This document shows positions 12,483 through 26,100 of a stretch of 64,000 nucleotides of DNA, in pieces; position 1 is the stretch's first letter, and every line of letters begins with the position of its first letter. This DNA comes from Fimicolochytrium jonesii (lineage: Eukaryota). A model generated the notes under the pieces. The model was not told where the DNA came from. It did not search any database and saw only the letters and a program-made list of their open reading frames with translations. The stretch is from contig NW_026515669.1 in assembly GCF_025526975.1 (NCBI RefSeq), positions 2,046,001 to 2,110,000 on the forward strand, written 5' to 3'. The translations under genes and the position numbers were made by a program.

Positions 12483-13451
12483 ATGCCCAAAGCACCCCCA
12501 CGCCGAACTCAATCTGGTGCAGGAGCAGGCAGGGGTAGGGACGACCGAAACTACTCCTGCCTTGCTCCTGGAGGAGTCTGCGTTGTTTGCGGGGCTCGGA
12601 CGTCCGCTGCGTGGCGAACGGGCATTGTGAACAACGTCAAGACAGCCAGGGCGGCCTGCAATAAGTGTGGGCGCGCGCAGGCATATCTGGATGCCATCGC
12701 TGCCCTCCCGGGCAAACCCGTCGTCCCCTCAACCACCCTCCCCGCACCCGCCCCAGCCACCACGCACCTCACCCGCCAGCCCCCCATCTCCGCCCACCAT
12801 CCCCCCGTCTCCACCATCCCAACCCCCGTCTCCACCGCCCAGCCCCCCGTCTCTGCCGCCGCTCCCCCCGTCTCCGCCCCCCAGCCTCCCGTCGCCGCTG
12901 CCGCTCCCACCGCCCCTATCCCTAACCCCCTTGCAATCACCAGCCTCCTCAACCCCGCCCCAATCTCTGCCCTTCTCAAACCTGCCCCCATCCCCACCCG
13001 CCCCACCCGCGCTGCCGCCATAGCAGGGGTCGCAGCTGCAGCAGCAGCAGCAGCAGCGCCCACCCCGACGACCGGTGACGAGGAGGAGGGGTATGACGAG
13101 ATGGCGCAGGAGGAGCTGGCCGCGCTTGAAGAGGAGGAGGGGCACTGGAGGGCGTTGGGAAAGCTAGTGAGGGAGACGTGCGGTTCAACAACACGCCAGG
13201 CGATGAAGGCCCACACCACGCCCCTCTTTGACGCACACCGAGCGCGCCCGGCCGCTGCAAAGGAGAAGGCCGAGGAAGTGCGGGCTTTTACCCCCGCCTC
13301 CGACGACGCCGATGATGATGACGAGGAGTATACGTCGGTGGAGAGCAGCCTCCCACACTCCGAGTCCGTGTCGTCATACGGATCTACATCTGGTGGCGAC
13401 GAGACAGCGGGCTCCGAGTTGTGGGAGGAGGAGGATCATGCATTTGCGTGA
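12483..13451 (+). CDS. GATA-like Zn-finger protein with Pro/Ala heptad repeats and acidic tail
   Basis: CVVCGARTSAAWRTG..ACNKCG is a CxxC..T..WR.G..CNxCG GATA-type finger with a longer spacer. It is followed by PPVSAxx repeats and a D/E/S-rich C-terminus. Confidence 0.7.
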   Translation: MPKAPPRRTQSGAGAGRGRDDRNYSCLAPGGVCVVCGARTSAAWRTGIVNNVKTARAACNKCGRAQAYLDAIAALPGKPVVPSTTLPAPAPATTHLTRQPPISAHHPPVSTIPTPVSTAQPPVSAAAPPVSAPQPPVAAAAPTAPIPNPLAITSLLNPAPISALLKPAPIPTRPTRAAAIAGVAAAAAAAAAPTPTTGDEEEGYDEMAQEELAALEEEEGHWRALGKLVRETCGSTTRQAMKAHTTPLFDAHRARPAAAKEKAEEVRAFTPASDDADDDDEEYTSVESSLPHSESVSSYGSTSGGDETAGSELWEEEDHAFA

Positions 13452-13565
13452 GGGTGAGTTCATCATTGTCTCCGAGACAACTGTCTCCGCCATCTCCACT
13501 GCTCCTGACACACGCTCTCTCATAGAGCAAATCACGAGGCTGCCCCTATTCCGGGCTGTCTCCAT

Positions 13566-13664
13566 CGATCGCGGGAGTTGAGAGCGGAACGTTCCATGAG
13601 ATCAGAATGCAGAGCGACGGCGACTGAATTCGATCTGCAGTGTTTATAAACAACCCGTTTCAGC
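13566..13664 (-). repeat. Inverted partner of 10826-10945
   Basis: The reverse complement reads GCTGAAACGGGTTGTTTATAAACACTGCAGATCGAATTCAGTCGCCGTCGCTCTGCATTCTGATCTCATGGAACGTTCCGCTCTCAACTCCCGCGATCG. Confidence 0.85.
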
Positions 13665-14182
13665 AGGAATAAAACGCAAAGGACCGTGAGGCAGAGGAAA
13701 AATGGTCGTGGCTCGAGCTGTTTGAGAGTGGGTAAGGTTGCTTTCTGTTGCGATACATAGTACGTACGGTAGTTGTGCTGTTCAGTTAACACCCACGAAG
13801 CGCCGAGCGCGACAGTAGTTACCACGCCGCGCCTAGCGCGACAGGGGTCATAATCTGAACAAAGAAGTTGTCTGGGAATGGGAATTGAACTCGCTACCTG
13901 CACGTCTGCAGGGAGAGCAAGATTCAATTGTGCCAAAGCGCCAGTGTTATCAGAGTGCAATTACAGTAGGTGGCCAAAAGAGCGTCCGAGAGAGCGTTCC
14001 ATCACGTGGGTTTCATCAAGTGAGCGTTGCGCAGGCTTTAATAAGTCTGATCCATATTCATCAGTCTGTCTGACATTTCCGCCTTCTGGCGCGTCCTCAA
14101 CTACGTGTATTGTCCATCTCATTAAAAAGAAACCTCCGCATTCACCCAAGTGTCGTGGCCAACGCCAGATTTTGACCCGGCT

Positions 14183-17100
14183 TCAAGTTTCGCGAAAATG
14201 GCTGGGAGATGACCGTTCCGTCCGGCTTGATGCTCCACAGGAGGACATATTTCTGCAGATTGCCTGACGGACCACAGGTAGCTGTTGGGCTCGTACACTG
14301 CAAGAGCTGTTGCATAATAGGGCCGCGGTTAGGATTATTCCGTGTTGCACCAGCCTGCTCCTGGCCGCACTCACCATGTCCGTATAGCCATCTCCATCCA
14401 TGTCTCCGGGAAGATATGCTGCCCATGTCTGTCCACGACGATCTTGCAGCGTGGTTCGGAGCACCACCTCGGTTGCCGTCATCTGATGTGCCGTCCCTTT
14501 GACCGTGACAGCGAGGTTTTGAATGGCAAAGGCGAATCCGTCGTATGTTCGTTGCCAGGAAAGGAAACCGATTCTGGTTCCCCATGCGCCCAGGCCAACT
14601 GGCGTTCCACTGGCAGATACATACACAGTCTCGGTGCAAGGCTAGAAGAGGGTGGAATTGCGTCAGAACTAGGGTAAAAGCAATCAGCGCGTCCGATTGC
14701 TTTCTTACCAATGTGAAATTGCTGCCAAAGCAGAAGGACACCACATTCATGATCCTCGAAACCCAAACACTAAAAATTGCATTGAATTCAGCGGTTGGAG
14801 AGAAACCATATGGGGAAAATCCTCCAAGAAGACCACGTCTCTGTCGACTGTCGTACCTTGCGAGCCTATCATTTAGATCAAGATCTGCAAATCCCAGCAA
14901 TCGCGGACCCAAAGGAGGTGAATAGAACGCCTGTTCCGCTTTCAAAGTGCCGTTCGGCTTCAACAGCCACGCCCGGTAGAGGTTCGTAGCGCTGTTGTAG
15001 ATTATGGCGTCCGTAACCAGATCGGCATCCAGATCGCTGTAATGGTTGGTTACAAAGAATAGATGGCAACGTGAGCAAATGGGAGGGAAGTAAGCGCGCC
15101 CACGGCCCTTCAGATTCCAGGAGCAGCGACTCTTACCAAAGTGAGACGATCGTCATGGTGCTGGTAAGTGTCGGTGACTGGAATGTCGCATTCATAAGAT
15201 AGGAGGTCGAAGGCCAGTACCCGTAGGTCGTTGGCACGAAGGAGACAGGTGCACGTTTCTGTCTTTTTACTGTTGTTTCAGCGGGATCATCGATCGTTGA
15301 TACTTCTTCCGCTTCTTCCTCTTTACGACGCAATCTATGAGACGGGCTGTCCTGGGTATATAAGATGTCGGGAAGTCCATCCAGGTTCAGATCGACAAAA
15401 GTAGGCACGGTTTCATTGACGTAAAGCGCGTACATCCCCCCGAAAGTGGCCTAGGAATTCGTGTAGCCTAAGTTAGTCGGTCACGCACACACTCGTGAAG
15501 TCGTACCCGCCACACCTACCGTGAAATTGAGGGAACGTTGCGCGCTGTTGGCGATAGACTTCACTCCGACCCATTGACCGCCGGTGACCCTGACGCCATA
15601 AACCGCGAACGACTTTACATCCGTGGCATTATCGTTGCTCGTAAAAGTACCGTTAACCACAACAAAGGATCCACTGTTGATGTTACCGTCTTTTGTGACG
15701 CTAAGGATCGCAGCCTCGGCCCGCTTGTACCGACCGTACTTTCCTCCGGCTCGCAAAACGAGTAAAGGTGGTGGCAAAGGAAGTCCGCCAAAGCTGTCTG
15801 GCACGTAGCCGACATTTGCGGTCAATGGCACGACGAGGATCGCATGTTCGCTTGTCGCCGGCAACAACGTTGCCACACTTAATCCGATGGTCTCATCTTG
15901 AAACCCCTTGATCATCGCCGAGTTGTTCTCGCGAGGAGCCAGCAACATGGAATCCGTGCCCAAATAATACGCCGCCCGAGTAGACACCTCGCTCGAAAGA
16001 CTCCCCAAGTTCGTTGCTCGAACACGGTAGAAGAGCGGCGAAAGGATGGTGCGCTTATTCGTTGGGAGGAGGTAAGAGGCATTCGGGCCAAAAATGATGG
16101 CGCTTTCCACTCGATCACTGAACGAAATAGCAGTCCAAGGAAGAACATCAGGGGCGCCTGAGTTCCCCGAGCTGACAGAAACCTCGTAATATGCAATCGA
16201 AGTAGCGGACTCGATAAAACCGGTCCAAGCAATCTGGCGCCCATGCATCTGGAGCCTCACAGATGCCGACGCGTTATCGGGGGGGTGCGTCTGCACCGTG
16301 GCACATGTGACCGTGCTGTTCATATTCAGCGCTCCGTCTGTCGCGTTCAGGCTGACGCACACCCTCCCTCCTTCGGCCGGTAGTGGGGCGGTAGTCGTAA
16401 AATTTGCCCCTGTTGCGTTGGTTCGGGTCCACGCATACAAGTCGTTAGAGAACGGGGTTGTCCCTAGGGCAAAGTCGTAAAATAAAATTCCAGAAACGCT
16501 GTCTCCAGCTGCCCAAGCTAGACTGATGTTTTGGCTTGAGATCACAGTGACGTTATCGCCGTTGCGCATAAAGTCCAGTGACTGCAACTGCGGTGGCTCA
16601 GTGTCTATGGTCATTTGGTCTGACCATTTGATTGCTTCGAGACCCGCTCTGTTGATGGCCTTCAGACCAACGTAATATTTTGCGGGGTTGATGTCAGGGT
16701 CGGGTGTGATGGATCCGGCTGGTGCGCCAGAGATGTTGAAACGGGCAGGGTCATAGAAGCATCTATCGTTCATCTTCACATATCCTTTCGTATCGTCGCA
16801 AATGCAAGAGTAACCGCCAAAAGTATTAACGCATGTGGCCAATGGCTCGCAGGTATCGGTTCCCTAAGTGTTCGGCAATCACTCCATTAGCCTTCGCCTC
16901 TAGGAAAGCTTGCTTCATTTGGTCATGTCCTTACCTCTAAACATTCGTCATAGTCGACACACGATTGAGTTGCTGCATTGTATGCAAAGCCAGTATCGCA
17001 CTGAATCCTATACGACGGCGTCGTTGTGTTGCCAGATATGCACCTTCCGTATAACGGGGTTGGCACGGCCGAGCACCAATCCACTTCGTTGCAAGAGGCT

Positions 17101-20100
17101 TTCCTTTGGGTGGCAATGTCAACAAAACACCAGGGAAGACGTCCAGCAATGTCGCTTACGCAGTCCGTTTGAAGAGTAGCGTTGTACAAGAATGGTAGAA
17201 CACAGGTCTGGTTCGTTGTTGTCCGTCGGGGTGCCACTAGGCTAACCGTGTCTGTCGGCTTGTTAAGGCTCCCATCTGCCTTACAAGTTTCGGAGATTCC
17301 ACACCACATCGGAGGCAGCGCGACTTGAAATAACGGGAAGTCGATGCTCATCGTGTACAACGTGTCCCCGCGGACGGCGGGGTTCGGGTACGAGCAACTG
17401 GAAGTCGATCTCGCCATACTTCCAGGCGGAATGTTTGGCATGCACACACATACGGATGACGTGGAGGAAGAGCCATACTTGACAGCCGATTGGTAGCTGA
17501 AGAACGGAAGATTGAAATTCGAGCATTTTGTAGCGCAGGCGGCTAGGCTCAGATCGTAGGTCAATAAGGAACCCTCCATCGCTCCGCGTAATTCTATTCC
17601 ACTATTGATCCACGGCCGCGGTGTGTTGAGGCAGCCCTTGAACTCCGGAGTTACAGGACTCACAGGTAGGCCTGGGGCGGGACCGGGGATCCCTGACTTC
17701 CATGTTTGATTGTTTGAAGTCGCTTCGATGCAGCGCCTTCCGGATCGAGTTGTTCGCGGAAGCATTTGATACTGGCGAGCATTTCCAGCATTGGAACTGC
17801 GAGCGGAGAGTGAAATTGTATAGTTCACAGGAGCCTCATCAAGAACCAGGATGTACACTGGTTGCCCACGAGCTGCATCGAGCTGAAGCGTGCATTGTCC
17901 AACGGAAGGAGAGCAGACCGAAACGGCCATGGCATCGAAGAAGCAATCGCCGAATGCTGCCATGAAAAAGTCCCATTTTCTTTGCGGCGTCCGCTGGGTC
18001 CGGGCAACTAACTGGTCCCCCGTTCCCACCAACTTGTACCAGTTGCCAAAAGTTGAGACGGGCGTTCGCTTATCGGACCGCTTGAAAAAGCCGCTGATCG
18101 ATCCGGTGGTGTTGGTTCCGATGTATAGTGGGGCCGCCCCTGCGCAGCTCAGTTCCGGATCAGGTGAAGAACATCCCTGTAGACCTACTCCAGACCCCAC
18201 TTTCCCAGACGGGCACAAGCATTGGTAACCCCCGAGTGTATTAACGCAGGTAGCTAGCTTATTGCACTTGTGCTGACCGGTTGCGCACTCGTCAATATCC
18301 ACGCACGTCCACTGGTCAATCCGTCGGAAACCTTCGTAGCACTGGCAGGTGTATGACCCCGAGAGATTTTGGCAGCAACCTGAATTTCCACAAATCGTAG
18401 TTTGGTTGGCGGCGGATATTGCGCATTCATCTACGTCGGAACATCCATCCGATGAAGAATAAGGGTTGGTCCCCGCAAATCCAGCATCACAGGAGCACAT
18501 GTAAGAGCTATCATTCGGTGCAGGGAGGATAGCATTAGCTCAAAGATCATGAATTGCTATGTGACGCCAATTCGACAGGTCATTATTTACCCTGGTAAAT
18601 TAGTGCAATGCGCGTTCTTGCCACAAAGAGACACGTTCTGGGCAAGTGCGACGGCGCATTCATCGACATCTCGGCAGCCACTGAAACCAACTCCATCTCC
18701 CTCGTAGCCTGGAGGGCATGCGCAAGTGAATGGGAGAGCCGGCTGCACAGAAATTGACGCGACATTGTTGGCGTTTGTGCCATTTGCAGTGACTGCGACA
18801 GTGCCGTTTGCTGAAACATTCGTTTGAGCACCGACCCCTCCGAGGGGCACAGCTGCAAGCTGCGCACAGGAGGCAAGTGGCGAGCATCCTCCCATCGTAG
18901 CATTGAGCTTACACCAGTTGATGGTGGTGACCGTCGTAGGCAAGACACTCGACACCATTCCAAGTCGAACAAGCTCGCTAGGCCGCAAGTTCACGGGTCC
19001 AGCCGAAAAGGCGGATATGTTGGGCTGAATGCTTTTCGCATCGACCTGGGTGAAAGACAAGACATCCGTTTGCCCTGGCTGGGTGCCGATCGCGATCTCG
19101 TATTGATGTATACCGGACTCAAGATCATTCCACGGTTCACCGTAATTACAACCATGCGTTGTGTTTAATGGGTAAGTCATCTCACTAACGCTCATAGTCG
19201 CGTTTGTGGTGAGAACACCGCCCAGGCTCCAGAGACGGAACCGCGGAGCAACTTTGGGAAGCGCCGGGAAAGCAATGGGGCCTGCTGCCAGCCCGCTTGT
19301 CGTGACTGATCCTACCGCATTGCCCGAATCATCCGTAACCACAATTCGTGATGCATCCTGACCGATTGCGACTGTGTAACGAAGGTAGGTCGAAGTGGCG
19401 TTCTGAGTTAAAGAAACCTGTTTGCCTCTCCAGATTTTATCCCCTTGTTGAGTTGTCCAAACAACGAGGACGCCAGGGGCATCGGCATAAACGTCAAAGC
19501 CAAGTGCGGAATAAGCAGGGGCCTCGGAAAGCGTTTGGTAGGTCGTGTTCCAGTAATCTCTTTCGAGAACAGTTTGATCCGTGTTCGCCAATATGATGGT
19601 ACTGACGGTTCGAGAAGCATTCGAGGCCTTCATTCGGAAAGAAAATGACGAACCGGAGGCGTAAATGCTCGACAAAACTTCGCAGCCCGAGAATGTCTCG
19701 GAATCGTTGTTAGAAGAGCTTCCTCGTAGAGATAGGCCGTTGGAGTTCGACGCGGCGCACTGGTCTCGGAAGTTCACTCGAGCTGTTGTGAGGTTGAAAT
19801 CCCCCGGACCCCTTGTATACCGCATCCAGGCGGGAAGACTGCCATTGCGAAAATCCTGAAAGCGCCTTGGGCAGTTCATACCAATCTCGTCCTGCGCCTC
19901 GAGCCAAGTGATCTGCGACTCGTTTGAGAAGGCGCTATACTTTTGATTCACCGTGACGTCCGATCCCAAATTGACTGTTCCGGCGACTGGGTGGCTCGGG
20001 TCGAAGCGCAACGGGGCACTCAGCGTATAAGCTTTCACCCCAGCCCCGTTGATCGCACCGATGAGAACGCGATACGTCCCACTCGGTGTCAATGTTGTTG

Positions 20101-23100
20101 CAACGCTGATATTCGCGGCGCCTGCTGTCTGGTCAAAATTTCCGATAGATTGAAATGGTTGAATTACCGTTTCCGGGTTGAACTGCATTAAATTCAACAG
20201 GTTATCAACCAACACCGTGCTCGGATTCGATCCAATACCCGCCGTATCCCTGCGGGCGATTAAGTCCGGAAGAGACGCGTTTACGACCGCGTATTCCAAG
20301 GCAAATATTCCGGTACTTGCGGAGACATTTGAAACGAGAAACTCCAAACTCGTGGCTTCCGAGGTCCACATCAATTCTGAATTGGCCAAAACCGCAGAAG
20401 CGCTATAGCTGGGGAACGATACATGCCCAGGTTTTGGAGGCACTACATCGACGATGAAGGAACAACTGCCAATGACACTTTGGAAAGATGCATCGACCGC
20501 TTTGACGAAAGCGTAGTACTGAGTGGTGACGTTCAGACTGAGGTTGGCGAAAGTGTACGTGGTCGTGATTGTGCTAACATTCCGGAACTGCGTTGGGTTC
20601 TCAGGATTGGCGGAACTACTAAGAGCGACGTAGTATTGGAGCGGGCTCCACGTTGAGTGAAAGCTCTCCCAGTTTATGGTGACGGTAGTCGTTGAGCTCT
20701 GGGCCGTTGCGTTCTTCGTTTCGAGGCCGTTGTCAAGCCATACGTAGCCTTTCGAAGGCGGTGGTCGCTCGCCGATCGAAAAGCCATTCGATACAGCGGA
20801 AACAACGTTCCCTTGACATGTGACCGCTTGCACAGTCGTATAGATGCTCACGTACGAAGGAAGCGAGGTGGACAGCTCAAACGACACTGATGTGTTCAGT
20901 CCTACATTCGTGAGAAGGAAAACGTCACCCGAAGCGTCTCTATAGTTGGTTCCAAACGAGACCGAGTAGGAGCGGATAGCGCAGGTTGGGGTTGACATGT
21001 CATCCCATGAAGCGGACAAACTGGTAGAAACCCGCGTTTCATCAATATCGACTCGGAAGAACGGTCCGTCGTACACTCGTCCGGGATAAGGGGGTTGAAA
21101 GATGATTGTTATCCCATTGCTTTCCGTTTCCGGCCCGGGGATATGGAGACTGTCGTATGCCTGTACTCTGACAATGTATGTCCGATTTGCAGCCAGTCTG
21201 AGATTCGATGCCGTTACTCTAGTCTGGGTTGTGAACGCCTCCGGCTGCGCAGGTTCTCCAGTCAAGGAGTCGAAGATCGACCACCGATATAGCACGATGG
21301 CACAGATGTGCTGCGACTGCCATTCAACGGAAATAGTTCTTGAATCAAGGGAAAAGGTCTCCCCATCGTCCGTATTGCTCAACGATTGCCCGACCCAGAG
21401 GACTTTGGGCCCCTGATTGGCAACACCCACTGGTTTTGATTCGACCATTGACGTCAAACCTGCCACATTAGTTCCCTGCAGAATAACAGACAGCTGCATG
21501 CCGTGCACAGCACGCTTGTTCAGGTTGAATACCCCCGATGTAGCATTTCCCTTTTCCACCCAATCCAGAAGGACTTCACCTGGTGACAATGAGTCATCCA
21601 AGCGTCGACCTTTGATGGCGATTCGATAAGATTTCATTCCACTCTCGGGGTCATTGAATACTCCATCCCAACGCACTTGGACACGCGAAGTTTCACGTAG
21701 GCAGTCCGTCGATTCTTCCAGTTCGGCGATGAAAAATCCTTCTGTGTCTTTTTGGAGACCTCTACCCAGCGGTTTCACCACATACAGATTTTCGGGTGAT
21801 ACCAGAGGCTCAGTAAAGTCCACATTCACGGAAGTGATAACGGGGGTTTGCAAGCCGACGGAGTTTGTGCCCCAAAGTGTCACGAAGTAGCGAGCGGTCT
21901 GCCTGTCCATGCTGTACTTGGAGGAGTCAAAGACAAAGTACGTCCCAGTCACGTTGATACGATTTGTGATTTCCGACCCGCCGGGAGACGTGCCAAGTGC
22001 AATCTCAACATGGTCAATCCCGCTCTCCGCATCGACGAAGGATCCCCAATCGCAAAAGATGGGGCTGCCGGGCGAAACGATCGCTGGACTGCATATAAGA
22101 TCTGCAGGAGGAATCGGTGGGGTGCTATCGATAGCGAGAGGTCCAGTAAATTCGCTCGAGACGAAGCCCGTGTTCCTTTCGACGGCAACGCATCTACAAA
22201 AGATTCCGGCGCCAGGGGCAAACTCGCCGAGATCCAGGACGGAGCTCAATGTAGCACTTGTTTGCTCGGCGGTTGTAGTAAGAGACTGGTTTGGCGAGGT
22301 GGAAACTTGTTCCGCATGGTTCCGGGCAGTACCACATACTATCGAGAGCTGGCCGATTGCACTTCCGAGGCTATCCGCCGTCGTCGAGCAGGAGACTGGC
22401 ACGATGGAAGAAGTCTGGTTCGTGATGTATTTCGACACCGTCGCGATGTTGACAATAGGCTTCGGCAGTGCCTGATCAATCACCTATAAATCGCAAGTTT
22501 AGATTGATTGCGGAGTTCGCCATAGCCGCCCCACTCCCTCTTCCAACTCACCCTGAACGCATTGGACGTAACGGATATAATGTCCGTCCCTAACACTCCG
22601 CCGAATGTGGCGCGCACCGTGAGATAATAATATTGCCCCGAAGATAGCGAGATGGCGGAGTACAAGATTTGTCCACTTTTCTCTTTGGAAGGGATGAGGA
22701 GACATTCGGTCGTGTAGTCCACGAGATCAGTCCCGCCGGGGATCGTTCCCAAAGACCATTCGTAGAAAGCCCCGGGTAGTGAGTGAGTGAAATTCTGGGA
22801 GAACGTGTTAGCGAAGTCGCGGGGCGTAGGGAATGCTTAGGTGGAACTTTAGGTACACTTACGTTAAAAGTTGCGCTCAGTACATCATTTTCAGCTTGGA
22901 AATCTACACTCCTTTTCGGATCTGGACCGATGAAAACTACACCGGGACGTGCGCCCGGCTTGACCGTCGTTCCTTCGGTGAGGTTTCGGATCCCTGAGAC
23001 GAGTCCAGCAGCGTTGATCGCTCGCACGCTCATGAAATAGACTTGCTCGTCAATCAATGGATGCGGCACAACCACGTAAGGCTGACGAACGGTTGTGAAA

Positions 23101-26100
23101 GCGGCATAATCCGATAGTCCGGGGCCACTGCCAAAAGCAACCTCATAGCCCGTTATGGGCGCGAAGGCATCCTGTTTGCAATGCGTGAGGAAGGACTCAT
23201 GCAATTTTCAATACGCTTTTACTTACCTGGAACGTAAACCATCCCCGCAGGGATCCATGATCGGTAGTTCTCGGGAGCGTTGTTTGACCGATTACAGAGC
23301 TCCCAGTTCCAGCAGAGACGAACTTCGGCGGGTTGATTACGATCTTTAGAGGCAGTTCCGCCGTGGATACCAAACCGGCGCCGTTTCCGGCCGCCGCCGA
23401 GACAATGTAGGTCGTCCCTTCAACGAGCGCTGGAGTTGCACGAATGGTACAGCCTTGCAAGGTTGCGTTCGCGTTGGCGCCAGGAACTTCTATCGCCTCG
23501 CCGTTGATCATCTGGAAAAGAAGACACTTGATGGTCGTAGGATCAATCCCTGACTCCGGATCCTCCCAAGACCAAAGAATGGGAACGCTAGAACGATCAG
23601 TCACGTAGAGCGCAAGGCCACTGGAATTCCTGCCCAAATAAGAGAGGGATTGCAAGATAGGCGACGTCTCATCGATCGTGACCACCTGAGTACGAGATGC
23701 CGTGGTGTTCGACGCTCCATTGTAGGCCGTGATCGTAGCGTAAAACCGAGAACCTTGGAAGAGGGGCACACCGAACAGGACCGTCGACAGTTTCCGTGGA
23801 TCCTGATAGTCCACGACGGCGTCTTCATACAAAGTATTGTTGTTCGAATAGTCTGTGACGGATACTCTGTACTCAGCAATGCCGCTTTCCCCGTCCTGGG
23901 CCGCCGTCCATTCCAGGGATATATAAGACCGTTGGAACTGGTACGCTGAGAGGCCACCGGTTTTGACTGTCGCGTTAAAAGAGAGTGGGGCCGTCAAATC
24001 AACGAGAGTGCCGCTGCCAGAATTGACGGTGGCCTGGGAGGCGTTTCCGTTGTTGTTCCACGCTCGAACGTTGCAGAACACAATGCTGCCTGTTTTTGAG
24101 AGACTTGATCAATTCACATAATCCCTTATGTTCGGAAAATGTGCCACTTACGATGTCCAACGGTAACGTTCGACGGGACCGCGAGAGTAGTGTTGAACGC
24201 GGTGACAGGGACGTCTTGCCAGAGGATGACGTCCGTTAAACCGGGAGAGAAACCGAACGATACTTCAGAGCGACCGATCCCATTCACAGTGTCGATAAAT
24301 GCTGTCCAGCTGCACGAAAGTGCCGTAGCGTTGTCAATATAGTTCGTTTGTATCCAAAGTCTTGGTCCATCAAAAACACTGCCAGCGATAGGCGGGAAGA
24401 AATCCACTTTACTGGAAAGCGACAAACAAGTCAGTGCATCTTGGGGGCATGAGGCCACGCCCATACGATCGTAGCTTACATGGGTTGCTCCGAAGCTGTG
24501 AAAAACTGGTTGCCCGCAAAATCAACCAGGTTCAATTGCCCTGCGTCCAGAGGTGAGAGAGAAAGTCAAGCAGTGTAGAATGAGGTAAGGTAAGGCCAAA
24601 CTGAAAAAATTTACCGTAAATGAGCACCCCGGCCAAAGATTGATCGATAGTGAACATATATGTTGTCGTGTTGGGATTCGTGGGGACCTCAATGGTAAAA
24701 AACTCCTTGTAGATCGGTACGTATCCGTCGCCGAGCCCGACTCGCACATATTGTACCCCTGAAAGGTTATCTGTGTACTCGAAATGGATTATAATATCGC
24801 CAGGTGAAGCGGGATCATTTCCGTGTTCAAGCCAAAGGGAGCCTTTTGGAGGCGTCGTGTCGACGACATAACCATTTTGGCAAGCCATGGATTGCATGCC
24901 CACCCAATTCGTGACTTGGACGCAGATGGTGTGATTTCCTTCTGGCAGCCGCAAATTGCCGATTTGAGCATTCACATCCTTCAAGAGGGATTACATGAGT
25001 CAGAGGAGGAATAAGGAAAGGATAGTTTCGATGCGGTTACGGGCACTCACCGAGGTCGCCCCGCCGGTGCTAATAACAGGCGATGTCCACGATCCGAATG
25101 GTGTCCAGATGCCCAGACGACTAGGAACCATTTCCGCTGCCGTAGTGTTGGGACCAATCGCATAGTTGAAATCTAGGTCAAGCGGTAGATTAAACCATTG
25201 CTGACGAAGCTCAAATCGATGACGATGGCTGCTCACATGCTACATCGGACTCCGCGTCGGAAAACCCAAAGAAATTGAAGACCGCATTCTAATTGTCGAT
25301 GGGAAAAGATGTCAGACAATGCGCGAAGGTGTTTTTACCGTCCCTCCCTATACAGGTGCTCGAGGTACTTACGGTGATCACATTGGTGGCATTCCAATTC
25401 TGGCGAAGCGTTGGGCCCATGAAGATGCTGCCCACCACTGGTGGTGTCAAATCGATCTAGGAAAAGAAGCGTGAGCATTCCAAAACCGCGAAGCGCGTAT
25501 TTGCGCAACACTTACAAGGGTTCCGCTAGACAATGTTGTGCTTTCGTATCCAAGTGCATTCAAAGATCGTAACGCCAAGTGGTAGGTGACGCCATGAGAG
25601 AGCTGCAAGCTATCAAACGCCAGCGTCCCCTGAGTTTGTGTAGCCGGCAGCTCTGTCCAATCCCTCAAAGAAGTAATCAGATCTGGTGCGGCACCCGTGC
25701 CGACCGCATATTCCAGTGTGCTCTGAGCAGTGGCATCCTGTATCACGTACGAAAAATCGAGCCGGTCCGAAAATCCTTGTAGCGCGCCGCCTCCTATCTG
25801 TTGCGTAAGATCGTACTTGAAGGTCTGCATTGCCTTTCGCAGTGCTGTGCGGGTCTCGTTTTTGCCAATCGGGAAAGTGTATTGCGCAAAGGGCGTGAAT
25901 ATCTCTGCGATTTTGATCACGGGAGGACTGAGATCCCATACAAGCTTTTGCGACTGCTTCGTCATCATCTGGTGTTGGTTGAAAACCGTTATAGTGACGT
26001 AAAGCGTCTTCTCGTCGAACAGCGAGATATCAGCGAGACCGGGGATCGTAATCGACTCGCCTTGGTCTCTGGGTATCAGAACGGGAGCGGCTACGGTAGA

